A stretch of 64,000 bases of DNA from Catajapyx aquilonaris (Eukaryota): positions 1 through 64,000 of the forward strand of contig JYFJ02001517.1 of NCBI GenBank assembly GCA_000934665.2. The letters run 5' to 3'. The first letter of the stretch is position 1. Each line of letters begins with the position of its first letter. This document shows, in pieces, positions 1 to 14,578 of the stretch. Below the pieces are notes generated by a model. That model saw only the letters and a list, made by a program, of their open reading frames with translations, was not told where the DNA came from and searched no databases. The translations under genes and the position numbers were made by a program.

Positions 1-254
1 TCAAAACGCATTGTGAACATATCACGCGTGCTGAGAAAACCCCGGCATGCAATACCATTGTCTTTCCACGGTTAATTAGACATCGTGACCTAACTTTGAG
101 TGTGGAATAATTTACCTCGCCACACGCATGACTGATATATGCAAATTACGCCCTGGCAAATTTTTGTCGTGTAAAAAAAAAATAAGACAATTTTCATGGT
201 GGTGTCACGAATTTCGCGCTGATTGGTATAAACGTGTGACATGTGCATGCTTAC

Positions 255-3200
255 CCATATCGTCCATTTCGATTGCATTTTGCCTTCCTTTCAATCCGCC
301 AAACACTGCAAAAGAAAGAGAATACAAAAGATAGGTAATTTCAACACTGGCATAATGATATCGAGGATCAGTCACGTAGAATATGAAAAAAAAAGGGGGT
401 CCTGGGATGCTTCCCAAACTTTCGCCGGGAAATCTGAAGGAAGGACCACCTCTCCACCTTCCATTTGGAAGAGAAAAAGAAAGTGCAATTGGGCCACGGG
501 AAGGAAGCTCGAACATGGCCAGTTTGGCGGAAGTGGTAGGAAGTAAGGGGTCGTGATATGCTAACACAGGACTCGGTTTCATTGTTTCGTACGAATAGGT
601 GTATGATGACTATTTTGCGGGGATAAAAATAGATATTACTTTTTTGCGGTGATGAAAGCTGGGAAAGTGTTTCACACATTGATGTGTCAGTGACACCAGT
701 GAAATCCGGAACTATTTTTATTCTCTGTAGAAGCATTCAGATAGAAACTTTGTTGGCTAATACTTTATTATTATTATGACATATTTTTGACTCAACATTG
801 TGTACATGTTTGCACAGTATTGTTTTACACGATGCTTAGTGCAGCTGGGATATCAGGACACAGGCAGTATACATCGGTATAGGCCTCTAACTCGATCTCA
901 ACTCGTTAATGAACTCAAGTTTGATCAATTGCAAAGTTTTCCCCTCTCTGACTCACGGAAAGTTGTTCAAGTATAGGGATTCGAGGAAAACTTTCATACC
1001 GTGATGTAGGTATTAAGGGGTAGCCTATATACGTAAAACCTTTGCTTGGTTAATATTTACACTAGGGGAGCCAAACTTCAATTTTACCCACAATTCTCTG
1101 CCTACTACCTGCAGCACTCCCACGAATATTCCAATAGCAAGTGAACAGTATAGCCCAACAAAAAAAAAATGGTGGGGATTTTTTTTTTTTTTTTAAAAAG
1201 TCACCAGGAAACACTATTTTTTGACCACATGCTACTGAAAGTGAGTCAACCGTCGATATTGACAAACACCATTAGGTAACCCTTATTGTTGTCAACTTGC
1301 AAAACCAGTTATTTCACTGGAATTTTAAAACGGAAGTCTCTGGGAACATTGACCAAGCTGGCAATAAAAAAGTGAAGAAACACTCACCAGTGAGGTAAAT
1401 GACAAGAACACCGGTGGCCACAATCAACACCACCGCAAACACAAGGATGCAGTACAGCAGCACAAGCCTCCTCCTGGAGTGGTCACTCTTGATAAAGCTG
1501 AGCTTCCAGATCCGCAGCAGAGGCGTCCTGGTCAGCTTGGCCGGAGTGGCCGCCATGTAATTCTTCTTGTAGGTGGACGAAGACGACGGGTGGTGGTTCC
1601 GGGGGTCTCTTTTCCTTCCTTCCGCAGTGTGAATATACCTGGAAGGCTGCTGGGCCGCGGCCACCGATGCCGAGATGGACGGCACCGGTGCTGGCACCAA
1701 ATACTTGAGGGCAGAAGAAGTGGAGGAAGGTGGTCCGAAGAGAAGGGGCGGCGGTGGGGGCGGAGGCGGTGATGGTGACGGAGGTGCCGAGTCCAGAGGC
1801 TGCCGGCGGGCATGAGCCACCAGAGGATTCACGTAACACTTGCTGGACAAAGAGTCGGCCTCGTTTCGTAGTGGGGAGGCGAAGGCGGGGGATGGGGTAG
1901 CCGGCCGGAAGTGCTCATGTTGTTGATGGCTCTGCTGGTGGTGGTGGTGGTGACGGGAAGAAAGGCTACCGCGATGTGGTTGTGACTGGTAAGCTCGATG
2001 GCCTCCGTTCCGGAAGCCTGGGTTGTCCATCTAAAATGTTGGTGTCAATGCGGAAAAAGTCATGACCAGATGATCCATGGGCGAGGCAAGGGCAAAGGGT
2101 ATGCATGCCACAAGGCAGTTGGTCAGAAAAGAGCCGGAATCATGCATTGGCGACGCTTCCGCTCCCATCCACCCCCTCCCCTCATGTGTATGCCGCCCGC
2201 CTGCCCCCATCTAACCCCTCACCTGGGCCCACAACACCTGTCAACTCACCCTATCGTATAGCTTCCTCTTCCAGCCAAACAACAATAGGAACCAATGTTA
2301 CACACTGGTTTCCTGGTGTTCCAATGCGAGAGTTGGCAGGACGAGTCTCGCTACCGTACATTTTCTATTTGCCTAATTATTACTATGCAACAATGCAATA
2401 CCGTACAATCTCACCGTCGGTTTGTATTCAGGATAACAGTTGCATTGTTCATATTATCCGCCATTGCAAGGAATAGTACCTTGTAATTTTATTATACACT
2501 CAAATTCTCATTCTAACCGAGTAAAAGTATAGACAATGAGGGGTTTCTCGGGGGGATGATGGAAAGTCGTACAAGTCAGGGACAGTGATTCAGCCCAAAT
2601 AAAACGAGTGGTACAAACAGTTGGGGGTGCATCCTTCTCGGAAATGCTGTCAAGGTCTCAAGTCACGGTAGAATTGTTTCCTTTTATTGCTGTTAGTCCA
2701 CAATCAATCTGTTTGTCATGACTCATACCTAGAGATGACATTCGGGCTGATGAGAATGCAAAAGGTCAGCTTGCACCTTGCCAAACTCTTTCGACCATCG
2801 ATCACAGATTCATCTCCTGAATTATTCCTACCCAACTCAGCCTTGTCAGCCGTCACTCAGATCAATCCAATATCTGAAGCAAACACCTGAGCAAAAATTA
2901 TGCGCAAATAAAAGCCCCAGGTAAACATCAGTTTGCAACAGTACCGCCTGCTCTGACCTAAATCCTCAGCACGTGCACGTGATGTCCCAAAATTGACCCA
3001 CCCTCCTCCAACTATACATTTCCTTTCACCTGTACATCACCTCTTATATACCTGCCGTCAATGGCGTCCTTCGTTTCCAATCGCCACTTGCGTCACAGAC
3101 CTTTACAAAAGAAATAATAATCCCCCTTTCTGCAACAATATGCTGGGATGTGCCAAATAATCTGAGGGGTCATCAGGTACCGTGTTAATAAAAGCGAAAG

Positions 3201-4483
3201 GAGACACGTACGTGCGAACTTGGACGGATCCGTTCCCATGATAATCACTGCATTTACTTGTGCTTTACCATCGTATATCATACCCATTTAGAAAAGTATT
3301 GGTTGCCAAACTCACATCCGTTTTTCTTTCGGAAGCTTTTACTAATAGTTGATAATGACGTAAGGCCAATAACGGTGATGATTTCCCTCCACTATTATGT
3401 AGGGATCTAGGAGGATATAACGGAGAGTTAGCTGTCTCGGATTGCATATCAATGGAAGAGGATGGGATTAATAAAAGGGGGCAAAGCCCTCCAGTGAAAA
3501 CGAACTGATGTGGGAACAAAAATGAATCGCTGTATTTATTTGAGAAACTGTCCCATACTTTTCACCTCGACTGAAGCGCGGTGTTAAGTTATTAACAACA
3601 ACAATTACAAAAGAATGCCCCTCCAGAACGTGGTTCCGAGCAGCCAATTCGTGACATTCCGCTAAGCAGATTATATTAATTAATTACTTCACTCAAAAAT
3701 AATGCGTATTTCCCTTTTAAAATGTTCACGAGCTAAGCTTAGCATTGTTACTAAGCCAGCCGTGTTGTAACCACAGGCTTATCGATTCCTATATGGTCCC
3801 TGGTTAAAAAATGATGCGAACTTGTACGGCCCACGTTCGCTAATTGAAAGTAATTGGAGGAGAATGCAATAAAGTATTCCCTCTCCTCCGTCTTCTAGCG
3901 AGAAGATGAATAAGTAACCCTGCGGCATGATGAATGTTTAAGCAGCCCATCTTCATTCCCCTAGCTGCACTCCTAGCCATATTACACTCGACTGATTTCG
4001 TTCCGCCTGCTAAGCCCATTCGGATGAAATATTGTATTACGAATTATTAAAGGAAATGGGCCACTAACGTCTTCACTCTCTTATGCGAATGACCATGACG
4101 TTTGTGACCGTTCTAAGATGGATATACTGATAGGCGTATGATTTTCAGTTTAATGCAATTTTGTTCTGGCTTCTGTTCCTCACCATCACAAACTGACTTT
4201 ATGCATGGAAAATGGGAAATAATATAAACTAATATAAAAGTAAAGGTGGGCTTACCTGTAGTTGACAGAGGTCGGTGAAGGGTGTGTCCGAGGGCGCGTA
4301 TGGTGCGTACACCGGTTGCGTCGACCCTTTGTAGTTGGCGGCAGCAATGAGACTGCCGGAGTGGTTGGAGTCCACGAGGCAGCCAGGCAGCTGCGCCGCA
4401 TAGGGCGACATCTGCTGGCCTACCTGCTGTTCCGACGCGCCTTCCGGAAACACCAAACCCAACCGACTTCCTCTTCTTGCAAT
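255..4483 (-). CDS. Type II single-pass membrane protein, 5' part only (family not identifiable; gene continues past left edge)
   Basis: Phase-compatible exons 4256-4483 (tag|ATT...CAG|gtaagc), 1388-2030 (tag|ATG...ACT G|gtgagt) and 255-305 (tctttcttttgcag|TG...ATG G|gtaagc). They encode a His/Pro/Ser-rich N-terminal region, then RRR followed by the hydrophobic segment LVLLYCILVFAVVLIVATGVLVIYLT (positive-inside, type II topology). The start codon is uncertain. Confidence 0.65.
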
Positions 4484-7400
4484 CTACCAACAAACCAACG
4501 CACTTGGTGCTGACACCATTTCCAAGTAGAGATACGCAATTCATAATTCTAGATGCATTGTGTTATTTGGTGTTATTGTTTATGAAGGTGGGCCAGCAAT
4601 AAATGCAACACCATTAGAAAGTACATCCAACGAATTCATTGGAAAACTGCCTGGGCTGTAACTGAAATATACAGTAGCTTAGCGTGTACTGTCATGTGGC
4701 TTGACATCCGTTATCGGATATTAGCATTGGAGCGAAGACATCACCTACCTAGAGAATTGCAGCCATGGAACATTAATGGTCACGTTGTTAACCCCAATAT
4801 ACTACAGCATGGAGGTCAAATACTATCTATGAGAGTACACATCAAAATTTCAACACAAGGCAATCCACCCAGTGACCTCTTGCAAGAGGAATAGTTGACA
4901 TAATATAAACTTCGACCCAACTTATCACAAATTTTGTGCAGATGTTGGGTACTGGATATGAAACACATGAGAGCCATTTCATTCATGAACACCTGTGCGC
5001 CATTAACATGTATGCCAATCATAACTAAGAATGTCCACTTGTGCCACTCCATATTCACGCTCACACACAAGTCACGCTGTTCAATACCACAGACATGCTC
5101 TACACGTGGACCTACGTGTTAAAACCCTACACCTGTCATTTCCACGCCCATCAAATGAGCCCCTAAACATCAATTTGAGCCCCATAAATATTTCTTCCCA
5201 CAAAAGATCCAAAAATGCTCAATATCGCTGACAATTCCAAACAGCGCTGAATTCAAATTCAGCACAAAAGAAACCCAGGCCATAAATCTCTCCCCAGTTT
5301 GTGTGTGTGAAGAGCTTTTCGAGTCGCAGATAAGCAAAACGCTCATAAACTTAACAATATCGTGACTGCAGGTCGGGTCGAAAAGGGCAAACCCCCGAAG
5401 AGTGACGCATCCAGTTGGTCATTGACATTACAAAAAAAACTGCGCCGATTAGTGACGTACCCCCCCAGGAGTCTATGAATTTTGAATCAGGTCGTTTACA
5501 CCTGTCCACTCAAGACGCTTATGACTAAAGGTCACGAACCTCTGGATGGGTGACGAAAGGGTCGCTCCGGGTCCACATGTCGCCTAGTCGGCGTCGCTGA
5601 CTTGAGTGAAGTCAGTGGCGTCGGCGACGTCGGCTCCAAGCCATGAAGACCGGAAAGTTGAGGAAAAAGGGAGAGTGAAGGAGGTGGGGTGGCGGTTGCG
5701 AGGAGTCACGAAAGGGGTTGCAAATCGATTTTGGCCAAATGGTTTTGGCGACTCACCTGGCTCAAAAATTGCGTTGTTGCCGCCCTCATCAATCCTCTTC
5801 AGTCGGAACCCTTAAATCAGTGCCTGGGCATGCTACCTCAGGGGCCATTCAAAGTTCTTCCGGAGATGGAGGATGGGGAAGGTCAAGGAACTAATGCAAC
5901 CTGTCAGGGCTCAAGTGGGGAGTACTTGACGACCTATGAGTTATGAAGAGTTGGATTAAACTGGGTTCACACGGTTGTCGTCCGCTGAGTGTAAGACAGC
6001 CAACGACAACCTGCATCAATCTGCAACTAAAGGTCAAGGAATACTTCACAAAAACAATGGCATACAATACCAGATTTATATTGTGGTTCCATATATTGTA
6101 CACATACTCTACAGCACATGTCACCCTAAAGGTACAATTAACTTAGCTACATGAGCTGCTACTGCTGACTGGAAAGAGAATGCCGTGGAAGAGGTCCCGA
6201 AGGAATCTGTCATGCTTGGTTAAGTTTAGATTGCTCACAATTCTGATTGTGCAAGTTTCACGTGAAACTATGTGACAGAAAGGTGAACGCTTTCATGCCA
6301 TTGTGTGACTTTTCAAGTACCAATTACGGACATGTCTTATTTGATATGTGTCAAATACCAAACTGAAGACAAATTAATTTCAGATTTTTTTTTCCCCCAT
6401 GATATTTACATGCTTCTCAATGATATGGCTTCATTTAATTTATGAATCTGGCATGATGAATTTCAATCAAAAGTTACTGATATGACCAACAGATATAAGT
6501 GTCAAATGATTTCGTAATAATCATGATTCCTTACAGTAGTATTATGAGAACAAGTGAGATTAGCGTGGGTTACAAAATATAACCCCATGTGATCCAAAAT
6601 AAAATGCGCATATTATACAAAACCAACTCCTGCGTCTTAAGAAAATTGTACTATTATTTTCTGATATTTTTAGGATATACCACTTTTTTTTTGTGGATCT
6701 TTATTTTCTCTCCCATGCAACAGCAATCAAGCATGACCAGTTATTGCCACAAGCCAATCATGAAACTCGACTCCTTAGAATTGATTAGTACATGCAAAAG
6801 ATATGACTTGAGATGACCTCTAATGACCTCTTACAAAGGCAAACCCTTTTACACTCCAGTCACATTTCCAGACTTGCACCGGTAAATCAAACAATTCTAG
6901 ACAACAACACGGCCAGGCTTCGAACACATGTGCAACAGTCAACACATCAGTATCCATTTATTCTGGAAATTGTCATCTACAAAGTGAATTTGTCGAACCA
7001 AATTTATTTTGCGATTTTGATTATTTTGCCTCATCAATCAATGTCTGCACTTTCACAAGTTATTGTTATTGTCTTTTCAGAATTCCGTAAGAAAAATTGT
7101 CAAGCAGGTGTACACTGTTACAACCAAAATAAAAGTTCAACGCCTGGCACACATAAAAACTATGTACATGATTTCCCGGGCATAGTAAGATGCACATCAG
7201 CTGTAAAACACTGGCCCCATTTTCACATTTTCCATGTCCAGACAGACAAAATACGCACACCTGCCTTATGACCCATTTCTCCCTCTTCCAAGCGTTCTAT
7301 CACAGCTTTGCACATGTCGTTCGCTCAAATGTTAGGACGCAAGTTTGCACTTGGGTTACACCACAATTGGGGAACTAACCACAATGAAGGAATCAGATAT

Positions 7401-10400
7401 TTGAAGCTCTTCACTCATATCATCTTATCTGCAAAATGCAGCTCATTTTGCTCATGCAACAACTCTCCACTCAACTTAGTATTTACTTTCGAGAACAAAA
7501 CCAGCAACCACAACAAATGCATGTGTCTTTTCAGATGAAATGTTAAATACATGGGATCAGGTTAATGCTTCTCATGAAAAAGTCTAAACTGCCAACCAAT
7601 TGGGTTGAGTATTACAAAGCATCTGAAACCTTCCACCTCTGTAAATGCAATTGTGAAGGTACAGCATACAAGTTAACCACATAGTGGTCCGCTTTCAAAT
7701 GAACTGCATGTGCTTACATTGCTAGTACGACAGCCACCTGGCTGAATTGAACAGGATGTTGCATTTGGGATAAAACCTATGGAGAAAAAAACAAACATAG
7801 TCACACAAAATAAACTACGCGATGATGACCAAATTGAATTCACTGGGGATGTTCCACACCACTACATGAATTCCCTCTCCCACAATTACAGCTGTTATTC
7901 TTATTCGCATGAACAGTTCCCTCTGGAAATGAGGAAAGCTGACCACATCTGCACTACTAGGTAACCCTGGGGAGTGGTCAACTTCTGATTGTCTCCATTG
8001 TCACCTGTGCAGGTGGCCCCCACCCCTTGACTCTGCTTTGAAATCAGAAAGGAAACTCAGCGCAAATTATGCATATGTGTACCGGGGGGAAATAGTGGAG
8101 AGGATGGTTATAATGCGAAGCTGTGCCAGTTCAAGTTGACGCACACTTTTGGGCAGTTAGTGGAAATTTTGTTCAACTATTTGCCTTTTCCTTGCTCACA
8201 CTTATTTGCTTTCAGACACATACTCATACATACTCTATGTTATAGCTGCATTCATCTATCAGAAAAGTTAGGACCATGGGATGTGACAGCTTGCTTTACA
8301 CAAGCAGAATATTACTCTTTTAACTGCTTAAGAAATTAATGGCACACAGGAATATATCAGCATAAGTCAAAATAAGGATAAATCAACCTCTGGAAAAGAA
8401 CCATGCAGCTAGTGTTGGCAAGACAGATCTGAGTCCTGATAATATCACATCACAGCACTAAATACAAGCATCAGGTTTCTCCACATATCGCTTGAGCAGA
8501 TGAAACATTATACCAAACTGGGTTCATGAACTCCCCTCCTCTCCAGGAATAAATGGTCTGGCCTGATGCTTACATTTAGTGCTGCAAATACTTAGTACCA
8601 TGGGCTCAAACCCATTGCATCAGAAGGAGAAAGGGAATTCTGCATCAGGAGTGATGCTATTGCCTGATAAAATATTCCTAACAATGGCCTCAATTACTGT
8701 CAATATGTATGGTGGGTTGCTGCCTACTTCTGCCACTTCTGAAAATGGACAGGTAAAACATGTTGAATAGCTCACTTCAGTTGCACATGCATGCTGAAGG
8801 CCCACATTCACACTGGGATTTGCCAGTGAGAATGTACAAGAACTACTGGAGTGAGTAATCATCCCATTCTTCCCTGCCAACAGAGGTGTCAACATAAGCA
8901 GATTCACACCAATAGGTAACAGATCTAATCCTTTAATGTCCTCACTATTAGTTATCATGCATTGATGTATTCCTCTTGTATTCAAAAAGGGTAAAATATA
9001 CTGGATCATAAATTAATAAAAACAAATGCGACGAATTGTGACTTGTAATCCAAATCCAAATTGCAAAGTACACACAAGCACAGGTCATGCTTTCATGCAA
9101 ATTTCAATTATTCAGGTGGGACCATCTGTTAGGCCTAGTTATCAGATACATATTTTCATCATGCATACAGAATAAAAATAATCCGGAGCACACATAAGTA
9201 TTACCATAGTTCAGCAAATGATATATGCTAACCAATAGCTGGTAACCTAGCATGTAATAATGACCCACCCAAGCTGTTTATCCACTCTTATAGAAAGTTT
9301 CTAAGCTATAAAATTAAGTCTAATGATGCATAAATCAGGAAGGAACCTAATTATTAACAATTGTCTTCGTGCAAGTAAAATTGTAGCATTCAAAATTAAA
9401 TTGGATTCTAAGAGTTTCCAATATCACACGCAATATTCCTTCATTTCACTAAAAGCAATTTCAATGTTAGCAACACAGACTGGTTCCTTTATGCTAAGTG
9501 CATCCCAGAGTGAGAATAATTAGTTCAACAGTAACACCTGACATTAACTTTTTTTTTACACCAGTAACTTGCAACAGACATGTCAGCACATGCCAGTAAT
9601 ATATGACTGCAGTATTCTCCAGTGACATTTAACCCATTGAGAATGCTTATCAGTTGTTTTGTTGAGGGGGAAGGATATTAAATCTTAGGACACCAAAGAA
9701 TGAAATGCATATTATTACATGTGTTTTTTGAGCATGTGACAATCTTACTCGCTTAACCTTCACTACTATTGCCAGGACTCCTTACGACATTGCAGCAATG
9801 CAGAAAATGGCAAAAAAAACATTGTGACGTAAATATACGAACAGAAAGCAGCAGATAAATGTTTAAAAAGGAAATATCAGGCACTACCTTAGTACTAATC
9901 CTCACGTAACAATAATGAGAAGTCGTCATGCTGTGAAAATATTCATAACCTATAAATGTGCATGGTAGTGTTACATTGTGCGGGAAGTCTGCTACTTGTG
10001 AATGGGAGAAAATCATGGTTACATAGTGACCCCTACACCAATAAATTGGGAAACAAAAATCCTATTACACTAACTGGTGAATTGACATTATTCTCATGAG
10101 TGTCAATCATGTTTAAAGTTCTGACCTATTCTGCTCTGCACTTCCCATAATCACTTTCTGCTCACCACAAAAGTAAGTTCTACTTGCAGAGCATCATAGT
10201 GTGTCATAATAATTATTTTTGGCTTGTTTATGGCAAGCAGAGTGAAGAACAAGGGGCAGGCACATAGGCTGTCATCATGTTAAGATTCCTACACTTAGGA
10301 GCTCAAAACTTGAAAGAAAAAGCTTTCAAATGAGCTTGCATTTAGGGCTGGTTGTAACAACTCAAGTTAAGGACACAACATCCGCTCATGCTGGATTCCA

Positions 10401-11580
10401 TACTGTGAATACCTAGATGTACAGTAGTCAGAGATTTGAACTAATTAGCCTTCATACAACTGACCATTGCACTCTGATGTTAACCTCAATTGCAGGGAGA
10501 GCACTGCTGCTTCATGAGAAATGTACGTGGAAAATCCCCACAACAAGCTAACTTGCCCAATGGATAACTTTTAGTTGCAGTGATCTTGGATGTTTATTTT
10601 TTATTTTTTAGGGATTGCCTGTCAGAATTCACCTTAGACATCTAGGGTAGATATAAATTAAGCAATAAATAATGATACTTGCTAGATTTTGGCAACTTGC
10701 AAATAAAGAAGGTTCTCTCAAAACAACAAACCCATTGCACATGAATTTGCCTTTGTTGCACCGAGGCAATCCGCGTGAATTCCAGAAATGTTGGCTACCC
10801 CTCCCAAGAGAAGCGTGAATGGGATATATGCTGCACATGCACTATGTCTCACAACCCATTATAAGAACTAAGCCTGCCCCTTATCCACAACCCCCCATTC
10901 ATTGCTATTTTGAATCTTTACCTTACACCATGATAATGAAGATGATGACGATGATAACAAGGATGATAAAATGCACATGAGAATGAACACAATGTCAAAG
11001 GTACATATATCTAAAGGCTCTCACAGGCCTGGATGCTTTAAAAAATCGACGAGATAAGTGGCATATTTGCATGTGTGTGTCTGTGTTGGTGTAATTATTC
11101 CATGTCTGTGTCAGTGTAGCTTAACATTTTCATATGGTGGAAATTTGACATACCCTCGTAGCTGACAGTGTTGCATGTGGCCCCCTTAATGTACTGCTAT
11201 GAAATTAGGTCCTATCTGCTACCAGGGCATCTTAACTTCCACAGTATTTTGACTGGAGTGGCAAATGTACTAGTGACTGGCAGTCACTTAAAATCCATAA
11301 TTTTGTCAAAACTGACTCAATCATATTTATATTACTTCGGTAATGTTGCAATCTCTTATTATGTAAACACTTTCAAGTAAATACAAACATGATTGGCATA
11401 AATACACACCTTCCACAAGTTAAACAAGTTTCACAAAAGATAAATTGCAAGACATCAGAAGTTTTATGACTTTCCTCTCTCCACTGTACTATAGGTTTCA
11501 GAACCAAAATAGTTCCATGCACTGTTAGATCATTTCTTGGACTATCTGGCAATGCATTAAAACTTGACAATTCATCCCAG

Positions 11581-11687
11581 GTACTATATCGCCCAAAAAG
11601 ATAAGAGACGATTTTGCATTTGACTCAAGTGCAACTTGCACTTGAATCAAATGCCAATCGTCTCTATCTTTTTGAGCGATATAGTAC
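11581..11687. repeat. 107-bp near-perfect palindrome/foldback (MITE-like)
   Basis: gtactatatcgcccaaaaagataagagacgattttgcatttgactcaagtgcaa-c-ttgcacttgaatcaaatgccaatcgtctctatctttttgagcgatatagtac: arms of about 53 bp with a few mismatches and bulges. Confidence 0.9.
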
Positions 11688-13023
11688 ATCTTAGAGTTTT
11701 ACCTTACTCATCATACATACATATCCCTCTAACGTCTAACCAGTACCCGTTTTATTATCCTGGTTGAAATAGAATATTGCCTTGATGATACTAGTTATTC
11801 AATTGTGGAGCACACAGAAGAGGAAATGGAAAGGGACCAAATTTCGGTTTGGACATTACGTGATCTTGAAAATAATAAGCATTTCATTCTCCCTTTGTCA
11901 TCAGCGAAACTCAGCAGGTCATTCCATGCCTCTTTTTCATGGATTCCAGCTTTGGCACTGCTCAAATGTGACCTTGCCCCATGATAGGCCAAGAAAATAC
12001 ACTAAACAATAGGCATGCTGAATTCAGTTCGTGTCACCATAGCAAGAGGGAGAGAAAATAAAACATCCACTCTCTCTGAAACTTCACTCAAGCTCCGCAA
12101 TACATTGCAAAGCTGTTGCAAGCACAGAGCAATTAAAGCATGTGATAGGAAAGTTGCTTTGGCTCAAAGAAATGGAAGAATGAAGGCATCGATATAACCA
12201 CAGAAAGGTATGAAATATACACCGGGTGTGATAATGTTTAATATATAGGCTATACATATAAATAAAATGTGGATTAGTGTATTTCTTATTGCACCCGTTT
12301 CATCACCTGGGGCAATCACAAATGCTGCAAATTAATCCAAGTATGTTCCATGCATCTGAGCTTGGTTGTCAACATATGTAAATACTGTACACTGGTGATT
12401 TTATGCATTACAGAAATGATAACAAGAAGCTATATTTCTCTCCACACCACATAGAAAGACTTGGTTGGTTTCTTCTCATGACATAATAAATAATATTCCA
12501 AGCTGTATTTTAGCAGCACTCAACTGCATGTCTCAACATTTGGTCAGTGGCTTATAAATAATTACTAAGATGCCTGAGCAAATTGGATTGCTTTGCAAGG
12601 ATGTACAGTGTCCCCCTACACCAAATCTAAAGCCATCCACATTTCCCAAGGGACACTACAGTGGCAGTGCTACGAATCCATGTGAATGAATAATGACATG
12701 TTAAATACTCTCCCCCACCCCCAAAAAAGCCGCAAAAAAAAACCACCCTTCACAACTTGACTTCCAAGACTAGTTCTTTCAAATGATTGTTACCTTCTTC
12801 CCCTCATGACCCGCACTTCACCTTACAAGTTTCAGAGTTGTACTTTAGGAATACAAATGCCACCTAGGTAAATGGTATCCACAGGCAGTCAAGTGAAGGT
12901 TTTGCTCTCAGAAGATGCTGAACACACCAAGTGTAATGTACAAGAAAACAAACAACAAAATATAACCACACCACAAACCAAATGCAGTACATCAACTCCA
13001 GTGCCACTGCATACTATCAGCCA

Positions 13024-13029
13024 TTTATT
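13024..13029 (-). terminator. Candidate proximal polyadenylation signal of Ago1
   Basis: First AATAAA I found on the minus strand downstream of the 3'UTR exon acceptor (14578). It is followed by a GU-rich tract (tttggtttgtggtgtggttatattttgttg, about 12950-12985). Confidence 0.4.
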
Positions 13030-14386
13030 ATGTCAAGTCATGACCAAAACAATATATCAGATCCTCCTTGCCTTAAGATCATTTGCTTCATTCAAGATCT
13101 GATTAACAAAGCCTTGGCACAAAACAGATAATTTGTAGTCATGCAGCTCACAAAGCTAAAATCAAAATAATAAAACAATAACAAAACAAGAATTAGAAAT
13201 TGGGGCTTCTGACTATAAATCCTTGGATCCTGATCTATTCTTTGCACGCATTAATGTAGCTGGATATGCATGCAGACATCTCAAATCATTGGACACGTCC
13301 ACAAAAGGATCACAAATTAATAGCTACTCTCCAAGATATCACCACACATGTAAAATAAAATGTACAAATTGGGAGACCACACACGCAAACAAAACTGGGG
13401 GCACTATTACATACCTAATTATGTTACAAATGAATTCGTTCCTGCCCCCATCACTCTGAATAATGATGGAAAAATTGACCAACTCTTTGTCACACTGCTA
13501 AAAACAGCACCAGAACAATTGTATTTACATTAAAAGTCCATAAAAAATAGAGTGTGCATTGATAAATTAGCCCGCAAAACATAAGTCCAACTGGTCTACC
13601 TCATTTCCATTGCATTGAAGAGAGCAACACTATTATTTTCATAACAACAATATTGTATCATGAATGCCATTGGAGGACCTCCACAGCAACCGAAGTTTGG
13701 AGGAAATAATTAATTTGATCACAGTGAGTGCTTCACAGATAACTTTTCATCCTTGGGATGGGCCTTATATTTCAGATTTGTTGTAGTCCCTTTTTTTGCG
13801 ACTTTGCAATGCATAGTTGATGGACTGGCGGTCATACAAGACCCTTCTACGTTCTACATTTAATTTTTTTTTCCACGCATTTTAGGCATATTGGAGATGA
13901 GACTCACAAAGATTGAAGGAGGGAGGAGGGGTTGATAAGAGTTGGTGGAGGAGGAAGGTAAAATGGGACAGATTGAGGGCATAGATGTAATATTATAACC
14001 TGTATGCATGATTCTGTTTTTTGGTTCGCACTGGCTTGTCACCGTACCCCTACAAAATAGATACTACTTCCACGTCACAGATTAAATACTAACTTGTTCT
14101 TTTTTCTTTCTAAGTCAAGAAGTTTTGCCACAACTCCATTGATCGGAGAATCTATTTCATAATGACTAATAATGTGATCCGTTATACGAGTTAGTAGTCA
14201 CAATGTAACATGGAAATACATGTGAATGTTACACATTCAGGATATCCATTTTACAAATAAGAAATTCTGCCTTAGGTGAGGACATTAACTTCCATACCAC
14301 AATAGTTGCTATGGCTTGATACTTAAAACATAAGAAAAACAATTTAAAAATGTCCTGCTAGCCTACTGGTGTTGCAAAAATTTGCT

Positions 14387-14578
14387 TCAGCTGAAGTGAC
14401 TCTGACCATGGAAAAAAATGGCTACCAACTTAACTGTACCCATGTAGCTGCAGGCTGCTGGTGCCCACAGGGAACATTTCTTGGTTTTGAACATTAAATC
14501 CTGTTTGAGTTTTTGGGCTTTGACTTCATGTGTGACATGTGCCCTTCTTGCCTGCATTGAATACCACTGGGTCCACAG
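14387..14578 (-). other. Start of Ago1 terminal 3'UTR exon (frame open to TGA at 14387)
   Basis: Donor CAG|gtgagc at 15488/15487 lies 18 nt after the Ago1 stop; a strong acceptor ctgttcatttttctccag| precedes 14578. Confidence 0.6.

Noticed and set aside
13596..13603. let-7 8-mer site CTACCTCA near the Ago1 3'UTR
   Set aside because: It is on the + strand, antisense to Ago1.
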